DNA from: Pseudanabaena yagii GIHE-NHR1
GTDB taxonomy: Bacteria > Cyanobacteriota > Cyanobacteriia > Pseudanabaenales > Pseudanabaenaceae
Assembly: GCF_012863495.1 (NCBI RefSeq)
Contig: NZ_JAAVJL010000002.1
Location: 684,271-724,270, forward strand
Length of the DNA: 40,000 nucleotides
Reading direction: 5' to 3'
The first letter of the stretch is position 1, and every line of letters starts with the position of its first letter. Positions 1 to 8,409 of the stretch are shown here, one piece after another. A model generated the notes under the pieces. That model had not been told where the DNA came from. It made no database searches and saw nothing but the letters and a program-made list of their open reading frames with translations. A program made the position numbers and the translations under genes.

Positions 1-731
1 AGCTTCTGTAAACCTTGAGGACTAAATCGAGCATCAAGACGACGCGCACCTTGCAAGTTCTTCAAAGTCTCTGGCGTATATTTACCAGTAAGTAAACCTT
101 GAGCAAGAGGACTATAGGCAAGGATCGTTACACCCAATTGTTGTGACTTTGCGAGAACTCCATTTTGTTCGATTTGTTTATTCAAAAGAGAATAGGGAAC
201 TTGATTTACAGCCAGAGAAATTCCCTTTTCAGAAAGATACTGATGGGCAAGAGTCATCTGTTCTGCGGAGTAATTACTTACACCGACCGCCTGAATGCGT
301 CCTTTTTTCACCTCATCAGCTAAGACTTCCATAAAGTCCTTGGTCTTGAGGATAAATTCTAAGGGCCAGTGGATTTGATAAAGACTAATTTGTGAAGTCT
401 GTAAACGCTCCAGACTAGAGGTCAGAGCATCAACTATTGATGCTCGACTCCAGCGCCAAGGCAGTGGGAAATACTTAGTCGCGATCTGGATTGGTTGCGA
501 AGTTTGCTTACTAAACTTACCAATCAAACGTTCCGATTCACCTAAACCATAAACCTCAGCAGTATCAAAAAAGGTGACTCCTGCATCCACCGAAGCTTGA
601 AAAGCTCCTTCTACATCCTTTGCCCCAAAATCCTTGCCATAAGCCCAAAAAAGCGTATCTCCCCATGCCCATGTTCCTACACCTAGCGCTGTTACAGTTA
701 GTCCATTGGAACCTAGTTTAATGGTTTGCAT
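1..731 (-). CDS. Aldo/keto reductase (3' end runs off the left edge of the window)
   Basis: The reverse-strand frame is open from the window edge to the ATG at 731..729. My translation begins MQTIKLGSNGLTVTALGVGTWAWGDTLFWAYGKDFGAKDVEGAFQASVDAGVTFFDTAEVYGLGESERLIG, the typical AKR N-terminal signature. It is absent from the ORF track because the window truncates it. Confidence 0.8.
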   Translation of the reverse strand, partial: MQTIKLGSNGLTVTALGVGTWAWGDTLFWAYGKDFGAKDVEGAFQASVDAGVTFFDTAEVYGLGESERLIGKFSKQTSQPIQIATKYFPLPWRWSRASIVDALTSSLERLQTSQISLYQIHWPLEFILKTKDFMEVLADEVKKGRIQAVGVSNYSAEQMTLAHQYLSEKGISLAVNQVPYSLLNKQIEQNGVLAKSQQLGVTILAYSPLAQGLLTGKYTPETLKNLQGARRLDARFSPQGLQK

Positions 732-776
732 TGTTTTGGCTAAATTTTTCTCGACCATTATATAACAATCCTAAAT

Positions 777-819
777 GGTTTGTGGAAGCTCACACCTTCG
801 GGGTGAGCTTCCACAAACC
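777..819. other. Perfect 17-bp stem-loop with a C(TTCG)G loop
   Basis: GGTTTGTGGAAGCTCAC (777-793) pairs with GTGAGCTTCCACAAACC (803-819); the loop is ACCTTCGGG. It lies in the AKR upstream region. Confidence 0.6.
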
Positions 820-978
820 CAAAATCTACAAGATACAAGATCTCTGTGGATTGTTTTTTGTTTCTAAACACTTGCTTGGTGAGCGAGAAAGGAAAATCCA
901 GTCCCTTCAAACGCACCTTGCAATAGAAATGCTGCAAGATCTGAGGTAATGGACTGGCTATTAATTAAAGTACCTGTG

Positions 979-1022
979 GCTTCGACTCCGTTCAGCCAGC
1001 GTTAGCTGAGCGAAGTCGAAGC
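979..1022. repeat. Hairpin copy of the GAGCGAAGTCGAA dispersed repeat
   Basis: GCTTCGACTCCGTTCAGC (979-996) pairs with GCTGAGCGAAGTCGAAGC (1005-1022): an 18-bp stem with 2 mismatches. The same core recurs between nifD and nifK (25744-25862). Confidence 0.6.
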
Positions 1023-1030
1023 TAGATAAC

Positions 1031-1204
1031 TTTGGTGTGACATTTTTTATCCGCGAGAGCCTAAACAAATATACCCATGGATTAATTAGAGAGTTCTATC
1101 CTAAAATCACAAGCTTCAAAATCGTGCAAACAGATAATTTCCAGAAAACGATGAATTCAATAAATCACAGATCGAGAAAATCTCTTAACTATCTTAATCC
1201 CTGA
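1031..1204 (+). pseudogene. IS30-family transposase, C-terminal remnant only (about 57 codons)
   Basis: My translation is FGVTFFIRESLNKYTHGLIREFYPKITSFKIVQTDNFQKTMNSINHRSRKSLNYLNP*. It follows the IS30 transposase tail pattern R-G-x-N-E-N-x-N-G-L-(L/I)-R-(Q/E)-(Y/F)-(F/Y)-P-K ... LN-x-R-P-R-K-x-L-x-(Y/F)-x-x-P. There is no upstream catalytic region and no start codon. Confidence 0.55.
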
Positions 1205-1726
1205 TAAATTATTCTTTGCTTCATTTAGCCACCCTTTGCATTTCATCCTTAAATTGGCAATATATTGAGAAATCCTCAGGTTTGGCGCTAGTGAATAAGT
1301 ATCCTTCTTAGAAAAAACTTGTTGGAAGAAGAGATAATGCTATTAATGCTAAATAAGATAACAATGTCAAAAAATCACAACAATTCCAGTGATTTTTTGA
1401 TTCTCTAAATCAATTTTGAGCAGGCTTAAACATTCTATAAGCAAACTTTTTCAATCCCTGAAAGTATTGTGAGACAAGGATTTATAAAATTTGTTACGTT
1501 CTACATACTAGCTTATATCTTAATATAAGGTTGAAATGTTATGAAAATCTAAAGCCTAACTAGATGCTCAACGTGAACAGAATTACGAACACTTATCTAA
1601 GTATAAAGACTTAATATAAATCCTTTATAGATTAGAGGCTTCTATCTCTGACAAATCGACCTGCAAATTGTTAGGTAGCTGAAAGCTTAGTGTTAAAAAT
1701 TCTCAAAACATATTGGTGTTGTAACT

Positions 1727-3358
1727 ATGGCATATAAGATATCTAGCGATTGCGTTGCCTGTTCTTCTTGCATAGCTATTTGTCCTACAGGTGCAATCTC
1801 AATTCAGCAAGGCAACTATTGGATCGATCCTGCCATATGTAATAACTGTGAAGGCTATGCAAGCGAACCTCTATGCGTTAGTGTCTGTAATATCGGTGCT
1901 TCACTCCCATTACAGCCTAAAAAAGGGAGAGTCAGGACAATCGAAAATCCCCTAACGATCAGTCCGAGCCTATTTGCAAATGGTGGCAGTACTCCATTTG
2001 CCTCAGCGATCGCAATTTGGGAAGCTTGCAATTTACTTGCCCAACGTCGCGCTTTACCTTGGTCTTTAGACGATTCAGGGACTCTTGTTTATGAGAGATC
2101 TGTTAGTCAAGGCAAAGGCAAAATTGCATTGCGCTTGAATAATTTGATCAATTTTAGTTATCCGCGATCGCCCTTAGAAGCACAGACAATTCTTGCTTCT
2201 GACACCCTTGATATCCGTGCTGCCTGTATCCATCTCATCTATGCAGCCTATGCCACCACCCTAGATAAACCTTGGGAACAGGAATTTACAATTAGTGATA
2301 GTCAAATCGAAGAATATTTGGGTTTAGATAAACGCAAAGATCTTACAAAATCAACAAAGCTAAATCTAATTAAAACCATTGCAATGCAACCCTGTTGGAT
2401 TACTGCCGAAATTGATTGGCCTAAGCAAGGAAAAGTTGAAGCTTTCTCTATACCTGAAAGTCCATTATGGAATCTCTTAGAAATTGTGCATCACTTTCAA
2501 GAAGACGAAGAGGGTTGTAAACATCTAATTGGGCTGACTTTTAGAATCCAAGCAGGAATATGGTCACAATATTTTCTCAATAAAAAGGAATGCCACGTAG
2601 GAAAAGCCTTTTATCAATATAGCCACTTACCGAAGTCGCTACTAGGCGCAATCATGAGTGTCTGGCAACAGCATGAAGGTGCATCGCGAATGTTGCTTTG
2701 GTTGCTATTTAAAACTCGTATGGGAGATCAACAAAGAATTATGGTGATCACTTTAATGCGTGTTGCCTATGGCGAAGATCGCGTTAAGCTAGCGCTCTCC
2801 CAAAGAGATGAACGTAAGCGTTTATTGAGAATGTTTGAGAGTGACTTGGAGGTCGTAAATCGTTATGGACTCAAACCGATCTTCGATCCCGTCACCTATC
2901 CTGTGGAGATTCAGCCGCTATGGTCAAAACTAGAGGATATTCCTGATGATGCTGAAGCTGCCCTAGATTTCTGGATTAATGATGGTAGCTGCAATCTGCG
3001 ACTAACAGACATTGGTCCCCGTGGAAAATGGCAGATGTTAGTTAATGCTCGCATTCTATCCTTTGAGTTACTTGCTGATTGGGAACAGCCTACGGAATTG
3101 ACTCGCAAAAAGCGTAAATATGAGCGATCGCAAAGTCAGTCGAATAAACCCCAAAGATCCAGTAAAAAATCTCCACATACTCAATCTGAATTATCAGGCG
3201 AGCAAATTGCAACCCTCCGCAAAAATCTCCAAATTAGTCAGCGCACTTTAGCCGAGAAAATCGGGAAGAGTCAGAGTTGGATTCGCGATGTGGAAAATGG
3301 ACGTTTTCAAGCTAAGCAAAATGAACAACAGTTAATTCGGCAAGCTCTAGGACTATAA
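1727..3358 (+). CDS. cnfR: CnfR/PatB-type nif transcriptional activator (N-terminal ferredoxin-like Fe-S domain, C-terminal HTH)
   Basis: 543 aa. The N-terminus SSDCVACSSCIAICPTGAI...CNNCEGYASEPLCVSVCN carries CxxCxxCxxxCP plus a second Cys cluster. The C-terminus LSGEQIATLRKNLQISQRTLAEKIGKSQSWIRDVENGR is an XRE-type helix-turn-helix. This architecture, the size and the nif-linked position match PatB/CnfR. Confidence 0.8.
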   Translation: MAYKISSDCVACSSCIAICPTGAISIQQGNYWIDPAICNNCEGYASEPLCVSVCNIGASLPLQPKKGRVRTIENPLTISPSLFANGGSTPFASAIAIWEACNLLAQRRALPWSLDDSGTLVYERSVSQGKGKIALRLNNLINFSYPRSPLEAQTILASDTLDIRAACIHLIYAAYATTLDKPWEQEFTISDSQIEEYLGLDKRKDLTKSTKLNLIKTIAMQPCWITAEIDWPKQGKVEAFSIPESPLWNLLEIVHHFQEDEEGCKHLIGLTFRIQAGIWSQYFLNKKECHVGKAFYQYSHLPKSLLGAIMSVWQQHEGASRMLLWLLFKTRMGDQQRIMVITLMRVAYGEDRVKLALSQRDERKRLLRMFESDLEVVNRYGLKPIFDPVTYPVEIQPLWSKLEDIPDDAEAALDFWINDGSCNLRLTDIGPRGKWQMLVNARILSFELLADWEQPTELTRKKRKYERSQSQSNKPQRSSKKSPHTQSELSGEQIATLRKNLQISQRTLAEKIGKSQSWIRDVENGRFQAKQNEQQLIRQALGL

Positions 3359-3392
3359 GAATCATTACATCACGATGCAACGCCATTTTCAT

Positions 3393-3425
3393 GCATTTGC
3401 GCTGTGCTTTGCATGGCGCAAATGC
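3393..3425. terminator. Hairpin between the convergent cnfR and modBC genes
   Basis: GCATTTGCGC (3393-3402) pairs with GCGCAAATGC (3416-3425) around a 13-nt loop. It sits between two convergent stop codons. Confidence 0.5.
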
Positions 3426-3441
3426 CTATATTGAATGCACG

Positions 3442-5283
3442 TTAAAGGATTTTTGAGTAGCTATCTGAGCTACTTAAAAATAATTGATCAGGATCGAGAT
3501 AAACCTGTAAAGGCTGAGCATATTGCTTCAGCACAAACCACTTTTCTTTAAATACTTCTGCTTGGAGATGGTAATCCCAATCATGGTTAGGAGGATTATT
3601 TAATTTCAGGTATAAAGTCATGCGGTGCGGTGTTTCGGTCGTGCGAACTAACCAACAGGGCAGAGTATTTGGTAAATTGCCATTACTTGAACTATCTAAA
3701 AATGTAATATGATGAGCACGAATTCCTATATGCGTTGGTAGGTTTGTAGAGTTATGGTTGATTTGGAGCTTACATTCCCAATCGATCGCTTCGACATGAT
3801 CAGGTTTAATCAGGTTAATTCGCGAAAAGTTTTTACATCCTGTTAGCCTTGCTGTTGCTAAGTTAGAGGGATTTTCGAGAACGTCGGACTTCTCGCCATA
3901 TCTCATGACTTGACCATGATCTAAAATCAACAGATTTGTGCAGATGCGATAGGCTTCCTCAATGTTGTGAGTGACAAATAGCGTCATTCCTTTATAGTTG
4001 CTAAGCGCCGAAATTAACTCCCGTTCCATTTGGCTACGCAAGTGGGTATCCAATGCCGAGAATGGTTCATCGAGGAGGAGAATATCGGGTTGACTGACGA
4101 GCGCTCTGGCGAGGGCAACCCTTTGCTGCTGACCTCCTGAGAGTTGATGCGGATAGCGATCGCCAAATCCCTGTAGCTCGATGCTATGTAATTGTTCAGA
4201 GACTTTTTGCTTGATTTGTAATGCTGGTAATTCTTTGGACAAGCCAAAGGCAATATTTTGTGCGACCGTCAGATGTGGAAAGAGGGCATAGTTTTGGAAT
4301 AGAAAACCAATATGGCGATCGCGACTAGGTAAATTGATTTTCTGCTCACTATCAAATAAAACCTTGCCATTGATGACAATCCGTCCACTTGAGGGAGTTT
4401 CCATCCCCGCAATACACTTGAGCAGCATACTTTTCCCCGTCCCTGATGCCCCCAAAATACCAATAGATTGATCAACACAGTGCAAAGCAATCTGCAAATC
4501 AAACTCAGGTAATTGCTTCTCAATATCGATTACCAACCCCTCTTGATAATTCGTAATTCGTAATTCGTAATTTGATGGAATTTTTTCCTTTTTCCTTTTT
4601 CCTTTTTCCCTATTCTGTTCTCTCTTGTTTGACCAGAGATGAGCAATGGCGATCGCCGAAAAAGACATCGACAAAATGATCGCTGTCCATAGCCAAGCTT
4701 CTTGATTTGCGCCAGCTTCGACAGCGGCGTAAATGGCGAGGGGAATTGTGGTGGTTTGCTTAGGGATATTCCCTGCTAGCATCAGGGTTGCACCAAATTC
4801 ACCTAAGCCTCTGGCAAAGGAAAGCATCGCGCCTGCTAAAACCCCCGGAAAGGCAAGAGGTAGGGCTATTTGCCAGAAGACTTGAAAATCTGAAGCGCCA
4901 AGGGTTTTCGCGGCACGGAGTAAATTTCCATCCACTTGCTCGAAGGCTCCTTGGGCAGTTTTATACATTAGCGGAAAGGTAACGACAACTGCTGCGACTA
5001 CCCCTGCATACCAAGTGAAAATGATATTGAAACGGAAGAGTTGTAAAAACTTTCCCATCCAGCCATATTGTCCAAATAATTGGAGTAAGAGAAAGCCGAC
5101 GACGGTGGGCGGTAATACCAATGGTGCAAGGAGAATGCTATCAAGTACTGCTTTCCATCTACCGCGATATTCGAGGAGACTGTAAGCTGCGGTAATTCCT
5201 AAAAAGAACGTAAAAAAGATGGCAGTAGTTGCCACCTTTAGGGAGATCCAAAATGGAGAGAAATCAAAGGGTACTGAATCCAT
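3442..5283 (-). CDS. modBC: Fused molybdate ABC transporter permease-ATPase ModBC
   Basis: 613 aa. The first ~220 aa form a multi-pass permease (LAPLVLPPTVVGFLLL, ARGLGEFGATLMLAGN EAA-type loop). A Lys/Glu-rich linker follows. Then comes an ABC ATPase with Walker A GASGTGKS, signature LSGGQQQRVALARAL, Walker B ILLLDEPFSALD and a TOBE-like C-terminal tail. It lies downstream of modA. Confidence 0.85.
   Translation of the reverse strand: MDSVPFDFSPFWISLKVATTAIFFTFFLGITAAYSLLEYRGRWKAVLDSILLAPLVLPPTVVGFLLLQLFGQYGWMGKFLQLFRFNIIFTWYAGVVAAVVVTFPLMYKTAQGAFEQVDGNLLRAAKTLGASDFQVFWQIALPLAFPGVLAGAMLSFARGLGEFGATLMLAGNIPKQTTTIPLAIYAAVEAGANQEAWLWTAIILSMSFSAIAIAHLWSNKREQNREKGKRKKEKIPSNYELRITNYQEGLVIDIEKQLPEFDLQIALHCVDQSIGILGASGTGKSMLLKCIAGMETPSSGRIVINGKVLFDSEQKINLPSRDRHIGFLFQNYALFPHLTVAQNIAFGLSKELPALQIKQKVSEQLHSIELQGFGDRYPHQLSGGQQQRVALARALVSQPDILLLDEPFSALDTHLRSQMERELISALSNYKGMTLFVTHNIEEAYRICTNLLILDHGQVMRYGEKSDVLENPSNLATARLTGCKNFSRINLIKPDHVEAIDWECKLQINHNSTNLPTHIGIRAHHITFLDSSSNGNLPNTLPCWLVRTTETPHRMTLYLKLNNPPNHDWDYHLQAEVFKEKWFVLKQYAQPLQVYLDPDQLFLSSSDSYSKIL
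4548..4609. repeat. Two heptanucleotide tandem arrays inside the modB-modC linker
   Basis: On the + strand, (AATTCGT)x3 lies at 4548-4572 and (TTTTTCC)x4 at 4582-4609. The sense strand encodes ...EKGKRKKEKIPSNYELRITNYQ... Confidence 0.85.
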
Positions 5284-6103
5284 ATTTCTCGAAAATAGTC
5301 TTGGCTGGTTCGCTGGATAGAAATTCTAGGTAGGACTTGGCGCTCGTTTGGTTGGTGCTTTTTTGTAAAACTGCGATCGGATAGACAATTGGTTTATGAA
5401 GTTTAGCATCAATGACTTGGACTACTTTTACCTTAGTGGAAGTTTTCGCATCGGTTGCATAGACAATTCCTGCTTGAGCATTGCCCGATTCCACAAATTG
5501 CAGCACTTGGCGCACGTTATTGCCTAGGACAAATTTTGATTGTACATCTTGCAATAGTTCTAATTTTGTCAGGGCTTGTTCGGCATATTGACCTACGGGA
5601 ACACTACGGGGATCGCCGATCGCAATTCGTTCGATATTAGCATTAGTTAAATCTTTTAACTCTTTGGCATCGCCTTTGTCCACAGGAACGATGAGTACTA
5701 AACGATTGCTTAATAGATCGCGTCGCGTATCAGCAATGATTAAGTCCTTTTTTTGCAATTCATCCATTTGCTTAGCAGCGGCAGAAATGAATACATCAAC
5801 GGGAGCGCCATTAATGATTTGTTGTTGCAAATCGCCTGAACTTCCAAAGTTATTGCGAATGGTGACATTGGATTTTGCTTTGCTATATAGAGGTGTGATT
5901 TCACCTAATGCTTCCTTGAGACTAGCTGCTGCTGAAACTGTTAATTGGACGTTCTCTTGTTTGACTGAGGGGACTACCGAGGCATTGGGTTTACTAGTCT
6001 GTTCGACCGTTGGTGAGAGGAAGCTACATCCTGCGATCGCACATAGGGTAACGACGACTAAACTAATAAAGGTGATGAATCTTTTTGTGTGCATATTGTG
6101 CAT
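5264..6103 (-). CDS. modA: Molybdate ABC transporter substrate-binding lipoprotein ModA
   Basis: 279 aa with a lipoprotein signal ...LCAIAGC. ModA-like blocks are present: SAAASLKEA, FGSSGDLQQQIINGAPVDVFISAA, IGDPRSVPVGQYA. The stop overlaps the modBC start by 20 nt. Confidence 0.85.
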   Translation of the reverse strand: MHNMHTKRFITFISLVVVTLCAIAGCSFLSPTVEQTSKPNASVVPSVKQENVQLTVSAAASLKEALGEITPLYSKAKSNVTIRNNFGSSGDLQQQIINGAPVDVFISAAAKQMDELQKKDLIIADTRRDLLSNRLVLIVPVDKGDAKELKDLTNANIERIAIGDPRSVPVGQYAEQALTKLELLQDVQSKFVLGNNVRQVLQFVESGNAQAGIVYATDAKTSTKVKVVQVIDAKLHKPIVYPIAVLQKSTNQTSAKSYLEFLSSEPAKTIFEKYGFSTL

Positions 6104-6107
6104 ATAT

Positions 6108-6317
6108 TTAGTCCGTTGCTACCATTACATCTGAAGCTTTAATCACAACATAAGCTTCTTTCCCTTCTGTTAATTCTAAACTCTCAGCCGATGCCTTAGT
6201 GATTGTTGATATTACATTGACACCAGCAGAGATCTCGATAGATACTTCGGCAGTAACTGCGCCAATTTTAACCTTCTTTACAATACCCTGGAAAGAATTA
6301 CGAGCGCTAATTTTCAT
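6108..6317 (-). CDS. mop: Mop/TOBE molybdenum-pterin-binding (molbindin) protein
   Basis: 69 aa: MKISARNSFQGIVKKVKIGAVTAEVSIEISAGVNVISTITKASAESLELTEGKEAYVVIKASDVMVA. This is a single Mop/TOBE domain placed 4 nt upstream of modA. Confidence 0.8.
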   Translation of the reverse strand: MKISARNSFQGIVKKVKIGAVTAEVSIEISAGVNVISTITKASAESLELTEGKEAYVVIKASDVMVATD

Positions 6318-6404
6318 CGCTGTTTCTCCTTATAAATTTTTAGATGGATGACAAAACTTGTTTTATGCAGATCTGAGGAATGTAGCTCTATCTATCTGCA
6401 TTGA

Positions 6405-7034
6405 TTACTTCCTACAAGCTACGATATGGAAAATATGCCAATATTTCTGTTCACCAATAGCAGTTTCGCCATGATGTTCCTCTTCTTCAAAATATTCCAC
6501 TTTAAAAGGCTGTAATAACTCCTCAACCTTTTCCTTGGGATAATGGGTCATATTGGGATAAGTTGTCGCCCAAGTATCGCGATCGCCAAATAATTGACCG
6601 CAAAATCTGCCTCCACTTCGCAAGGATGCGATGATTTTGTTCCATAGGTTAGGAAAATCCTCAGGAAGACAAAAGGGTAAAGCGAAGCTCGAATTAATTA
6701 AATTGATGGAAGGGGGCAGGATTAGGGACTCAAAGCGCATCACTTGAGTTTCTAGCCATGTTGAATCAATGTCTTGGCGATCGCTAAACTATGCGATCGC
6801 CTCTGTATTCCCATCGATCGCTAATACTTTCCATCCACGGCTGAGCAGTTCCACCGTATCGCGCCCATCACCACAACCAAGATCGATCGCCAAGCGAGGT
6901 GATTTGGTCGATTTCTCTAGCTCAAAGAGATCTAGTGCTTTTAGTAAAGTATCGCGAGGAGGACGACCTGCTACAGCTTGATAATATGCCGACCAATCAC
7001 GGTCAAATGAACTTTTTTCAGAAGCATCAATCAT
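6405..7034 (-). pseudogene. Class I SAM-dependent methyltransferase interrupted by one in-frame TAG
   Basis: ORFs 6789..7034 (LAIDLGCGDGRDTVELLSRGWKVLAIDGNTEAIA, SAM-binding motif I) and 6405..6743 are in the same frame. They are separated by a TAG at 6791..6789 plus 15 sense codons (FSDRQDIDSTWLETQV). Read through, the two give one normal-length methyltransferase. Confidence 0.7.
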
Positions 7035-7061
7035 TGGTTTATTGTCACATTGAAATTAAGG

Positions 7062-7102
7062 AAAAATTTGAAAGTGTTGCAAAGCAACACTTTCAAATTT
7101 TT
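7062..7102. terminator. 19-bp bidirectional rho-independent terminator hairpin
   Basis: AAAAATTTGAAAGTGTTGC, loop AAA, GCAACACTTTCAAATTTTT. T-runs follow on both strands. It lies 46 nt downstream of the CBS-CP12 stop. Confidence 0.75.
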
Positions 7103-7147
7103 TGAGAAGAGATCTGAGAAGAGAACTAATCTACAAGGTTATCCAGA

Positions 7148-7789
7148 TTAACGGGCTACTCTATTAGTAACTAGCTGTCCAGTACCAAGGACTTGGAAAA
7201 TTTTGGGATTCTCGTCACAGTAGAGTTGGAAAGCAGTTTTTTCTGGAACGTCCATACCGCTTTGGTAAATCATTTCCGCTTCAATATCTTCGACCAAAGC
7301 CCAAGCTGCTGCACATTCCTTGGAAGTAATGCCTACGCCAGCACAGAGAGATTTTGCTTCAGCGATCGCACGGGACAACTCATTCCGAGCTACAACTACC
7401 TTGGGCTTCTCTAAGAAGTCTCCCTTGTTCAGGATATCGCTTAGAGAAATGATGCCTAATATACCTTCGCGAATCACAGGAGCCACATGAATACCTGTAT
7501 TCGCAAACAAACGCGCAACATACTCCACCCCTAGATCTGGATTGACCGAAATACAAGGTTTGGTCATGATTTCATAAACTCGCATAGCGGCGGGGTCTTT
7601 CCCATAGGCAACCACCTTATACACGATGTCGGTTTGCGTCACAATTCCATAGGCATCATCGGTAGAACGGATGTCTACGATCAATGTACGGACTTCCTTG
7701 AGTCTCATCAGTTTAATAGCTTCGGCAACGGTTGCAGAACCACGCACGATCGCCACATCCTGAGACATTATGTCAAATGCTTTTAACAT
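7148..7789 (-). CDS. CBS-CP12 fusion protein (Bateman CBS pair plus C-terminal CP12-like domain)
   Basis: 213 aa. Residues 1-125 hold two CBS motifs (IMSQDVAIVRGSATVAEAIKLM..., IMTKPCISVNPDLGVEYVARLF...GIISLSDIL). The C-terminus CAGVGITSKECAAAWALVEDIEAE...YCDENP matches the CP12 Cys pair plus the AWDxVEEL core. The second Cys of the C-terminal CP12 pair is missing. Confidence 0.7.
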   Translation of the reverse strand: MLKAFDIMSQDVAIVRGSATVAEAIKLMRLKEVRTLIVDIRSTDDAYGIVTQTDIVYKVVAYGKDPAAMRVYEIMTKPCISVNPDLGVEYVARLFANTGIHVAPVIREGILGIISLSDILNKGDFLEKPKVVVARNELSRAIAEAKSLCAGVGITSKECAAAWALVEDIEAEMIYQSGMDVPEKTAFQLYCDENPKIFQVLGTGQLVTNRVAR

Positions 7790-7928
7790 AAAAGCTGACC
7801 TTTATTAACGACATTATTTAGTTTAGTTCTTCTGAAATGAATTTGCATTTTCTACTACATTTCTTAACTATATTCTGTATTAAAAACAGCAATAAATACA
7901 ATAGCTAAAAAGTTTTAAAAGTCAGCAC

Positions 7929-7954
7929 AAATAAGGGGTTTAAGCTCCTTATTT
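7929..7954. terminator. Hairpin AAATAAGGGG/CTCCTTATTT (GGGGYTTAAGCYCC family)
   Basis: 10-bp stem (one G-T pair) with loop TTTAAG, followed by a T-rich run. It resembles the palindrome at 10031-10056. Confidence 0.45.
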
Positions 7955-8076
7955 TTATATTTAAATAAGATTATCCAGCAAGCTATTGATTAAATTTTGG
8001 CAGCTTGAAAGGTAATTAAAAACTTTAATATTAGCTCTAAGTACTAAATTATTTGTTTTTAATTTCCCGTTTAGTT

Positions 8077-8115
8077 TTTATGAAATATTGCCCCTTCGGA
8101 GCAATATTTCATAAA
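8077..8115. terminator. 15-bp hairpin with a C(TTCG)G loop, just downstream of the 91-aa ORF
   Basis: TTTATGAAATATTGC (8077-8091) pairs with GCAATATTTCATAAA (8101-8115); the loop is CCCTTCGGA. It starts 19 nt after the stop at 8134. Confidence 0.55.
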
Positions 8116-8133
8116 CTATTTTAGATTGCGAGA

Positions 8134-8409
8134 TTAACTTGCTAATTCACTCGGATATAAACCCAATTGTTTAGATAGCTCCCTTGCTACATGGATTAAA
8201 AATTTGGCTGCGTCGGGATTGTCATGGTGAGCGTAGTAAGTTGCTATCTGAACCATCATTTTGATTAGCCCCTCATCAAGCAAATCACTATGGGCATCAA
8301 GTACTTCAGGTTCGCCGCCACTAGGACATTGAAACAACTTGTCAATCAGTGCCGCATAGAGGTTTTGACGTTCTGATTGAGCTTGGGCGTCTTCTTGTGT
8401 TAATGTCAT
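8134..8409 (-). CDS. Hypothetical 91-aa protein
   Basis: Its ATG directly abuts the TAA of the upstream ORF (TAAATG). The segment LFQCPSGGEPEVLDAHSDLLDEGLIKMM resembles the N-terminal module seen on many cyanobacterial TPR/CHAT proteins (from memory only). Confidence 0.45.
   Translation of the reverse strand: MTLTQEDAQAQSERQNLYAALIDKLFQCPSGGEPEVLDAHSDLLDEGLIKMMVQIATYYAHHDNPDAAKFLIHVARELSKQLGLYPSELAS

Noticed and set aside
143-949. Track ORFs 143..334 and 731..949 on the + strand
   Set aside because: The first is antisense to the aldo/keto reductase. The second spans the hairpin and spacer with no coding features.
5664-6134. 156-aa + strand ORF
   Set aside because: It lies entirely antisense to modA (and the smaller 5455..5640 ORF likewise). 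It has low complexity and no motifs, so it is a shadow ORF.
6365-6401. ATGCAGAT-N21-ATCTGCAT inverted repeat upstream of mop, considered as a ModE-type operator or Moco riboswitch
   Set aside because: It is only an 8-bp arm and bears no resemblance to the E. coli ModE operator as I remember it. The 87-nt leader is too short for a Moco riboswitch. It stays an unassigned inverted repeat.
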